Below, piece by piece: positions 54,630 to 64,000 of a DNA stretch of 64,000 nucleotides. A program made the translations under genes and the position numbers. The DNA is taken from NCBI GenBank assembly GCA_002269645.1, contig NIVC01002949.1, forward strand, positions 65,006 to 129,005, given 5' to 3'. Numbering within the stretch: the stretch's first letter is position 1; each line of letters opens with the position of its first letter. The notes beneath the pieces were generated by a model that saw only the letters and a list, made by a program, of their open reading frames with translations, searched no databases and had not been told where the DNA came from. The DNA comes from Macrostomum lignano. Taxonomy: Eukaryota.

Positions 54630-57064
54630 CCATGCTGATGCTCTTAGTCGGATATCCGCCAGACGCGATGTTCTGATCCTCAGCAGATGAAGATTTCTCC
54701 CTGCTCACCCGGCAGACTTGCACCACTTTGCGCACATACAGACACAGCAGCACTGCCCCGGCGGCTACCAGGTTAGCAACGAAGATGGCCGGATCGCGCC
54801 ACTTATAGCCGGTGAGGGTGGACACGCAGCCCCAGCACAGCTGAGCCCCTGCGCAGAACAGCAGGCCGAGGGCCACCTGACGCGAGTCGGTCAAATCGGC
54901 GTCCCAGCTGAGCAGCGAGTACACCACGGCAGCCACCAGCAGGCCGGCCGGGTACAGGCAGCTGAGCGCCAGGCCTTCGTCGTAGAAACTCGACGGGCTG
55001 CAACGGCTCCAGGCGACGCCTTCGTAGGCGACCAGCTCGACGCTGTCCGGCCGCTGCAGGATCAGCCACTCGGTGCCGAGCATGGCCGACACCAGGCAGA
55101 TGCAGATGGACAGTCCCAGCAGGCTGACCGGGTGGCTCAGGCCGGTGAAGGATGGACCTTCGCCTGGGGAGCCGGCCGCCCTGTAGATGGTCCAGTTCAC
55201 CACGCTGCGCACCAGCAGGCTGGCGTAGACGATGCAGTAGACCAGGGAGAGGCCGAACCGCCGGATGGTGCACACCACCGGGGTGGCGTGGGCGATGAAC
55301 GCGATGTTGATGGCGAAGATGAGCAGGATGCCGACTAGGCACGCGAAGCCGAGATAGTTGGTGCCGGCCGTGCCCTGCACTTTGCGGGGAAACGCGTAGG
55401 CCAAGAAGCCGATGGCGACCAGGGTCACAAGGGCGCCAAGGGTGGTCAGCGCCAGCAGCACGGCGCCCCACGGGGTTCGAGCCCGGTCCCACACGTCCGG
55501 CTTGGGCAGCAGGGCCAGTGGGTCGCCTGAGTCGCCCGGACAGCCGCAGTCAACGCCGGTCGGACAGGCGGACGACGGAGTGGCAGCCAGCTGGCTGCCA
55601 TCGGGACCGTAGGTGGCCAGGCTGAAGAGTGCGATGAGGGCGCCGATATGTAGTGATGCTGATAGTGTGTCTCAATAGGCTGATAATGTGTCTCAATAGG
55701 CTGATAGTGTGTCTTAATATGCTGATAGTGTGTCTCAATAGGCTGATAATGTGTCTCAATATGCTGATAGTGTGTCTCAATAGGCTGATAATGTGTCTCA
55801 ATAGGCTGATAGTGTGTCTTAATATGCTGATAGTGTGTCTCAATATGCTGATAGTGTGTCTCAATATGCTGATAATGTGTCTCAATATGCTGATAGTGTG
55901 TCTCAATATGCTGATAGTGTGTCTCAATATGCTGATAATGTGTCTCAATATGCTGATAGTGTGTCTCAATATGCTGATAATGTGTCTCAATATGCTGATA
56001 GTGTGTCTCAATATGCTGATAATGTATAATGGCAGGGGGTGTTTGCTGGGACGGGAAATTCCGATTCGAGTTAAACCAGTTAGCCAATCAGAGTCTAGAT
56101 AAAGGGAGTGAGGTGGGTGAATGTACAGGGTAGGGAGGGGCATAATGTGGAAGTGACGGAATTCTAAAAATAGAATCGTACTCACCTCTGGCCAGCTTGA
56201 GGCACGTATCTATTGCGCCAATAGCCAATTTTATTATAGACATATCCGGAGCCCGACCGGACAAAATTGAGCACATCGTAGCCCCGATCTCCGTAGCCAT
56301 CTGTAGTGAACCGGAACAGCAGGCTGTCGTTGCCTAGCCGGCCCTGCAGCACCCGCCACTGCGCGTTGCTAATATAGCGGTAGATAGTTGCCAGGCGAGT
56401 GGCCGCCGGCATCCGGTACAGGCACACATCCGTTGCCGTGGTGCCGCATTCGGCCCGCTGGAAATCGGCGACACCTTTGGCGGCGATGAATGCGGACAGG
56501 ATGGTGGAGTAGGTGCCGCCGTTCTGGGTCAGCGCGCCCGCTGGCAGGCTGCCGCTCGGGTCGCAGACGGTGGCGTACTGAGTCTGGATCACCGAGCTGC
56601 CCGTGAGACGGCACTTCAGCGTGTGCTGCCAGAATTCCTGTGGTGAGCGAGAGAGTTCAGTGTGGGCGTTAGGGTTAGGATTCTCCAAGATTGACAGAGC
56701 TCATTAATATATACTCATGGCGATTGAGGAGAAAAAATTGCCATTTAATACTAGTTGGGATTTTGGCTCTCAATGAGCTCTGCCTCTCCCCTATCAGCCT
56801 CTCTTTTTCCTCCCTCCCTCTCCCCTCTCTCCCTCTCCCCTATCTACTTCTCTCTTTCTCTCTCCCCTCTCTCTCTCCCGTCAGCCAATTAGAATCAAGA
56901 TTGATGGAGTGAGGTGGGTGAATGTACAGGGCAGGGAGGAGCATGGCAGGGAGAGGCATAGCCCCTCTCTTCCTCTCTCCCTCTCTCCTCTCTTCCTCTC
57001 TCCTTCTCTCTCATCATTTTCTTCTGTATAACCCTACACCTATCCCCTGTAAGTTCTCACTTCT

Positions 57065-57103
<39 letters not shown>

Positions 57104-60100
57104 GTAGAGACCCCACACGCTTGAAACCGGATGCCTTTAAAAATTCAATCAACTTTGACACATCGTGACCTCCTCCCTCACCTCCAGCCAGTCCACCGGG
57201 ATGCCCTTCCGTCTGGCCGGCGCCAGTCCGATCTCGGCCACCCAGCGGTCCAGATCGGGTACAGTGAAGTAGGTCTGGCGCAGGGTCACGGCTCCCAGTG
57301 CCGCCGACTCCAGTCCCTGCACCACGGACATCTTGTCCGCCCAGCTGTCCAAGCCGAGCAGCACAAATCGGCCCTGCAGGCCGAGTTCGCGCACCGCGGT
57401 CAGCAGGGTGCGCAGGTCCTGCTCGGGCAGGTAGGCGATCAGCGCGTTGACGTACGCCATCCGGCTTGCCGACTGCAGCGCCGCTTTGGCCTCGGCCAGG
57501 CTGATCGCCGATCCGGCAGCGCCGGCGCCGATGTACTTCATGCAGACCGACTGGCTGCCGTTGCGACGGGCGATCGCCGCTTCGAAGGCCGCCTTGCCGG
57601 CCAAGCCGAACGGGGTGGTATCGTGGATGAGGGACACCACCGACCAGTTGTAGCTGCTGGCCACGTCTAGGAGGGCGTCGATCTGGCGGTTGGCATTGGG
57701 GATGTGGGTGAGCAAGTGGTTGAATGTGGGTGAGCAGGTGGTTGGATGTGGGTGAGCAGGTTGTTGGATGTGAGTGAGCTGGTTGTTAATGTGGGTAAGC
57801 AGTGGTTGGATGTGGGTGAGCAGGTGGTAGATTTTGAGACAGAGGTTAATGAAAGTGCTTATGTAGACTACTTTATCGCTAATCTCGACTACTTCTAGTA
57901 TAAGAATACGAATATTATGACCCGAAAAAATCGCTCCTTACCTGCACACTATCCGGCGGCACCACCCGCAGGAATCTCGGGTAAAATGCTCGACTGCTCA
58001 ATGAAATCGCGGTGGCATCCGGCGACACCACGGTGGAGTCTGGCACGACGGTTGCCAGTCTGGCGCTGACCGCCGAACCGTCGGTGAGGTAAGCGACGGC
58101 GGTCAGCGGGCCGACAAGGTCGGTGAAGCCGGCGTAGCCGCAGATGCCGGTGCCGGACGTGTAGGAGAAGGCGAAGGTGGCCGCCCGAGCCTCCGACTGG
58201 CAGACATCGATGCTGAGGCCGCCGAATTTGAAGCCGGAGACGTCGGGGTCGCTGTTGTTGTTGATGAGGTCGATGGCGTAGTGGAAGGCCAGGAGGTTGT
58301 TGAAGCCGGACTGCAGGTTCATGGGCCGCACAGGGATGCGGACCGGCTGCCGTGGACTGACAGGAACTGCACGAGGTTCAGGTCCATGCTGCTGGAGTTC
58401 ACCTGCATGTACACGGAGCTGGCGGCGGGGTGAGGGTTGGTCTGAATAAGATGGGCGTGATTCAGATAGCGGTAGATATCCAGATTGACATCTGATGGCA
58501 TAAGGTGTCTGCCGGTTTTTCAAGATGTCAGTTTGGCGGTGTATGATATCAGTGGGGGTGTATGATGTCAGTGGGGGTGTATGATGTCAGTGGGTGGTGT
58601 ATGATGTCAGTGGGTGGTGTAAGATGTCAGTGGGTGGTGTATGATATCAGTGGGTGGTGTATGATGTCAGTGGGGGTGTATGATGTCAGTGGGTGGTGTA
58701 TGATGTCAGTGGGTGGTGTATGATGTCAGTTGGTGATGTAGGATGTCAGTGGGTGTGTATGATGTCAGTGGGTGGTGTATGATGTCAGTGGGGGTGTATG
58801 ATGTCAGTTGGTGATGTAGGATGTCAGTGGGTGGTGTATGATGTCAGTGGGGGTGTATGATGTCAGTGGGGGTGTATGATGTCAGTGGGTGGTGTATGAT
58901 GTCAGTGGGTGGTGTATGATGTCAGTGGGGGTGTATGATGTCAGTGGTGATGTAGGATGTCAGTGGGGGTGTATGATGTCAGTGGGTGGTGTATGATGTC
59001 AGTGGGGGTGTATGATGTCAGTGGGTGGTGTATGATGTCAGTGGGTGGTGTATGATGTCAGTTGGTGATGTAGGATGTCAGTGGGTGGTGTATGATGTCA
59101 GTGGTGGTGTATGATGTCAGTGGGGGTGGTATGATGTCAGTGGGTGTGTATGATGTCAGTGGGGGTGTATGATGTCAGTGGGGTGTATGATGTCAGTGGG
59201 GGTGTATGATGTCAGTGGGTGGTGTATGATGTCAGTGGGTGGTGTATGATGTCAGTGGGTGGTGTATGATATCAGTGGGTGGTGTATGATGTCAGTGGGG
59301 GTGTATGATGTCAGTGGGTGGTGTATGATGTCAGTGGGTGGTGTATGATGTCAGTTGGTGATGTAGGATGTCAGTGGGTGGTGTATGATGTCAGTGGGTG
59401 GTGTATGATGTCAGTGGGGGTGTATGATGTCAGTTGGTGATGTAGGATGTCAGTGGGTGGTGTATGATGTCAGTGGTGGTGTATGATGTCAGTGGGTGGT
59501 GTATGATGTCAGTGGGTGGTGTATGATGTCAGTGGGTGGTGTATGATATCAGTGGGGGGTGTATGATGTCAGTTGGTGATGTAGGATGTCAGTGGGTGGT
59601 GTATGATGTCAGTGGGTGGTGTATGATGTCAGTGGGGGTGTATGATGTCAGTGGGTGGTGTATGATGTCAGTGGGTGGTGTATGATGTCAGTTGGTGATG
59701 TAGGATGTCAGTGGGTGGTGTATGATGTCAGTGGGTGGTGTATGATGTCAGTGGGGGTGTATGATGTCAGTGGGGGTGTATGATGTCAGTGGGGGTGTAT
59801 GATGTCAGTGGGGTGTATGATGTCAGTGGGGGTGTATGATGTCAGTGGGTGGTGTATGATGTCAGTGGGGGTGTATGATGTCAGTGGGGGTGTATGATGT
59901 CATTAGGAGTTGTATGATGTCAGAGAGTGATGTAGGATGTCAGTGGGTGTTGTAGGATGACAATGAGTCGTGTATGCTATCAGTGGTGATGTAGGATGTC
60001 AGTGGGTGGTTTATGATGTCAGTGGGTGGTGTATGATGTCAGTGGGTGGTGTATGATGTCAGTGGGTGGTGTATGATGTCAGTGGGTGGTCTATCCACAT

Positions 60101-63100
60101 TCTAATAAATTCCCCATAGCAACCAATTAGACGGGAGCACTCACAGGTTGCGCCCCAGATTCGGGCAGACGGTGTCGCAGGAGCCGGCCAGGCTGCAGTT
60201 GCTGGTCCAGGCCAGGCTGAAGTCGCTGCGCAGTTTTAGCAGTGCCGTATCGTTGTAGGCGCCGACGCTGGAATAGAAGAAGTTGGTCGTTGAGCCCGAT
60301 GATGTGGTGCGCAGCTCGTAGATGTGGTAGCCCCGGTTGCTGTCGCCGGCCGCGTTGACGGAGAAGTTCAAATTGGTGGCGTCGACGAACACGGCCGACC
60401 GGATGCCGCTCTGCACCCACTGGCGCTTCTCGCCGGAGCCGTAGAAGTCGCTGCAGATGCCGTTGTAGTCCGGACCGCAGATGCGCAGCAGAGCCGTGTG
60501 GATGCCCAGCGCGGTGGAGTAGACAGCGTTCACAACATAGAGGGCCAGTGAGTCCTGCAGGTGTCCACGGCGGGGCGGGGATTCTTTTATTTCTTTTATT
60601 CGCAATTCCTTTCAATCAAAAAAGTTTACAGCTCTTTCAAAATGGCATCAGTTTCTTTCAATTTGTTTTCGGTAAATAAAAAATTTGAAAATGAGCCGAC
60701 AATTGGATGTTGTCGACATCATACACAGTTTAACGTGTTAAAGATCAGACACAGAACTCCAAATTCTCCTAAGCTTTTGAAGACAAGATCATAAACTGTA
60801 TGTTTTAAAAACTTTCTCTAGGACTGCCGTCTAGATTAATGAGCTGCAGTTCCAAGAAATCTGTTAATTCAATCGCTCTTTAGACTTTGAGGAGGAGGAA
60901 GATGACGTGATGGAGGGCTGTCACTGACTATTAAACTTCAACTCACCTTGTGCCCTGCTTAACGCGCCAAACGTGCATCTCACTTATGCATACATCATGT
61001 ACTTTCTACCCAAACTTTTACCAATCGCTCAAATATCGTTTTATACCATTTAGTATTTAAATACTTGTACGAGTATCTCTCTAAAACAAGTCTAAACGGT
61101 GTCGCGTCACCTTTTTCGAACAAACGTTCAATTGCAGATCCAGGAGAGGGTCACAAAAGGTCAGCTGACCCCCTTGCCGGGAAAAATCCTAGATCAGCCC
61201 CTACAAACTTTGAAAGATTAATCGAATGAAACTTTGGGTTAGATATCAATATATGACACTAGAATGACAGAATGGGTCGTTGTGTTGAGCAGGGCTGAAC
61301 ACCTGCATGAAAGAGGCCCTAGTTACAAGATTTTTACAGCATCTCATGTGCTCTTATGAAGCTGCCTTGGTTCTAGCGCTCACCTGTGAATAGTTTGCAG
61401 AATCCGTGAGCGACATTGTAGACGAGCTGCATCTTTTACTGTAGTAGGGCGAACTGCTGGACAGGGTGCACTGAAACAGGTGCTCATAGTACTCATTGAA
61501 CCAGGGATTCACCGAAGCGTAACTTGTTGGATTCTTTGACAGCAGGTAGCTTCGCTCGAAGTCAGTGAGGTCGGCGGTCTCGAAGCCGAACGTGATGGCT
61601 CGAGGATAGCGGCCGTTGGTGATTTTGCTCAGCACAGTCTTGCTGTTGCCCCAGTAGGTCGTGCCTGGTTTGCGAGTGAGGTGGGGTTGGTAATGTTGGA
61701 GAGCTGGTGTAAGCTGGAGACTGAGATGAGCGACTGGGAGATGCTGCAGGCAATGTTTTTTTCTAGTGTATCTCCTTTGCAGACCAACACTAATCCTGTT
61801 GCTTCCGGCATACTAACTTCTTCCAGTACTATCGGTGCTTCCTGTACTACCAGGTGCTTCCGGCACTACTAACTTCTTCCAGTACTATCGGTGCTTCCTG
61901 TACTACCAGGTGCTTCCGGCACTACTAACTTCTTCCAGTACTATCGGTGCTTCCTGTACTACCAGGTGCTTCCGGCACTACTAACTTCTTCCAGTACTAT
62001 CGGTGCTTCCGCTAACTACAGTTATTCCCTGTACTTGCAAGTTTTACAACCACTTATTTTCGGCTAGTTTTACTTGCTTGAACTACTTGTAATAATGTTC
62101 TACTGTCTGTCTGACTGTCTCAATTCTTCTCACCCTGGCCTCAACTAGGCAAGCACCTGAATGACCTTGTTGTCAACGAATTTCGCTTACCAATAAACAG
62201 GAACCGATCGTATGTAAGATTATTTCGCGACACGGCGCCGAGAAGTTCAGCGAGGTCGTTAGACTGCAGGAAGGTGACAATCACAGTTGACTGGGGCCTC
62301 TCAGCAGCTCGGAGGCCACTTGATCGGGCGTTAACAGCGGTAAGACCGGTGCGGTTCACCTGTGAGAGTCAATGGCAGGGCCCAGTTGAAACTGGTATTT
62401 AGATTTAATTGGCTTTTTCCTTGCTTGTACAGTTCTGAGATTTAACATTTAGTATATGGACTAGCATTCAATGACCCCCCTGTGGGGGCACCTTTTAAGC
62501 TCCCCGAGCTACATATGCACGTACAGTATACATGTACGAGACACCCCGTGTCATCTTGATCCCATCTCTGTTTGAGCAGAAAATCTACCTGTAGAGTGTG
62601 ACTGATGCAGATGCCTTCGTTAGCGATGGCTCGCTGAACAGACTGCAATCCGCTAGATCCGTAGGCGCCGCGGGAGACAGCACGAATTGTACATTGGTGA
62701 GGCCGTAGCGCTTCAGGAAATCCACAATAGCGTAGGCCACCTTGTCGTCGCTGGGCACCGTGCGCGAGAAATACGGATAGAGCTGCTTGTTGCTAAGGGA
62801 GCTCATGGTGGCCGCGTAGGAGATCACGGGCACCTGCACCACGTTGCGTTACCTGTAAAGGTGGGCAGGGGCGAGTTGAGTTGGTAAAGAAACCACGTCG
62901 TAAACTTTTGTACCAACGTAGCCGGATGACCTATGCTCGATTCCTGGAGACTACTCATATGAGTGATTCTGTGGCTGGCCTGTGAGAGCATCGAGTCTCG
63001 AAATAAAATGAAGGATTCACTGATTACCTAATATACCGGTACATATGAACACCGTTAAGGAGTCCCTAGTTCTAGAAGCATAAAGTAGCTAGTGAATTTA

Positions 63101-63651
63101 GTATATGGACAAGTAATCTACGACCCCCCTGGGACGGCAATTAACAAAAGTCCAAAAATTGCTTAACTCGATACTCATACTTTCGGGCAATAGCCGAAAA
63201 ATCACACCATACTACTCCAGGTACTTAGCATTTATCACTAAACACCAATGGGCTGTCGGTTTAACAATTCCCCTATCACCGCCAAGCGTGGGATGAACAG
63301 GTAATTAAACTAAGTAAAAACCACCCTAGACAGTTGATCTGCCATCTCGGATGTGGAGGCAGCCACGTAAGCCATGACATTTCTGGGTCAATTCGGTTCA
63401 AGCTGGAGTCCCTGAGCACGATGGAGCCCGAGTGCAGATTGGCCACCAGGCTGTCCGTGCGCACAGCTGACGAGCAGGTGTCCATGACAATGCCGCCAAC
63501 CTTAACGCCGCGAAGTTTTCCAGAGAATATCGGACTGGTTTGGATGGATTCAATGGCGTATTTGAACACCTCCGTCAGGAGGAAGCCGTTCTGGCGTTGA
63601 CTCTGCCGCAGCTGAACGGCACAGAGCCGGAATAGTGCACATCGAAGAGGC
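54630..63651 (-). CDS. Class C (mGluR-like) GPCR with at least two tandem Venus-flytrap domains and a 7TM domain; 5' end outside window; several frameshifts
   Basis: Exons (-): 63651-63325, 62852 or 62833-62589, 62359-62191, 61664-61384, 60554-60145 (VFT A); 58418-57942, 57682-57182, 56637-56186 (VFT B); 55621-54630 (7TM); possible terminal exon 53603-53590. Motifs GLFDVH..CG, FKYAI, DTCS, VISYAAT, FSRTVPSD, NPWFNEYYE, VVNAVY; second set FLSVH..CG, FHYAID, DVC, FLRVVPPD, YNWSVVS, GLDSW; 7TM CTIRRFG, YASLLVRS. Confidence 0.88.
55655..56025. repeat. 21-bp intronic minisatellite
   Basis: Unit gatagtgtgtctcaatatgct in intron 56185-55622. Confidence 0.96.
56780..57100. repeat. CT-rich low-complexity tract and (GA)n microsatellite
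   Basis: Pyrimidine runs 56780-57030; (ag)n about 57068-57098. Confidence 0.85.
57715..57830. repeat. About 22-bp short intronic tandem repeat
   Basis: About 5 copies of ggatgtgggtgagcaggtggtt. Confidence 0.8.
58530..60090. repeat. 20-bp intronic minisatellite between VFT A and VFT B exons
   Basis: Unit gtatgatgtcagtgggtggt with 18-20-bp variants. Confidence 0.96.
61795..62010. repeat. About 56-bp intronic tandem repeat, about 3.5 copies
   Basis: gcttccggcactactaacttcttccagtactatcggtgcttcctgtactaccaggt. Confidence 0.9.
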
Positions 63652-64000
63652 CTGCGGGTGAGGAGTGAAAGTATATCTTCTCTCTAACTTTATTTTTTCT
63701 TCATCCTCTCTCAAATAAGTCCTTTTTTGTTCATCGATTTCTTAGCCTACTGGGCGCCCACCTCACTCCGTTTCTATTTATTTTGCCCCATTGGCTGTCA
63801 GCAGCTTTCCTGCCCCACTGGGCACCCACCTCACTCCATTTCTATTCACTTCACCCCATTGGCTGCCTCAGCGGGTTTCCTACGCCACTGGGCGCCCACC
63901 TCACTACATTTCTATCACCTCGCACATTCATTATTACGAGTAGAATTTAGACAAATTGCTTTCGCTAGCTAAATTCTCACCACCAATCAGCAGCTGGCCG

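Noticed and set aside
61130-61203. Mini-element end aaaaatcctagatcagcccct with degenerate left end gcagatccagga
   Set aside because: Resembles common GGGGCGGATCTAG-type TIRs but too degenerate and no TSD to call

Overview
Eukaryotic (metazoan) genomic DNA with GC-rich spliced exons, AT-rich intergenic DNA and a tandem repeat in most long introns. The architecture resembles a free-living flatworm such as Macrostomum; that is an inference, not an identification. Seven protein-coding genes can be reconstructed. On +: a 5'-truncated Src-family SH3-SH2 tyrosine kinase (3-3729), a GAPR-1/GLIPR2-like CAP protein (8222-10542), an intronless ependymin-related secreted protein (12904-13572), SARA/endofin (ZFYVE9/16; 19504-27912), OSTC/DC2 (31258-40544) and a neurocalcin (44800-46794). 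On -: a 5'-truncated class C GPCR with at least two tandem Venus-flytrap domains (63651 to about 54630). Mobile DNA includes two CORE-SINE copies, a hAT element with an 8-bp TSD holding a nested Helitron that carries two minisatellites, two other TIR elements with 8-bp TSDs, a mariner remnant and an intron-containing Crypton tyrosine-recombinase remnant. The most striking observations are the multi-flytrap GPCR and a kinase intron built from exactly 21 consecutive 56-nt GT...AG modules. Several single-base frameshifts in the GPCR and SARA, mostly in C/G runs, look like long-read consensus errors, but pseudogenisation is not excluded. All coordinates and alignments were derived by eye.
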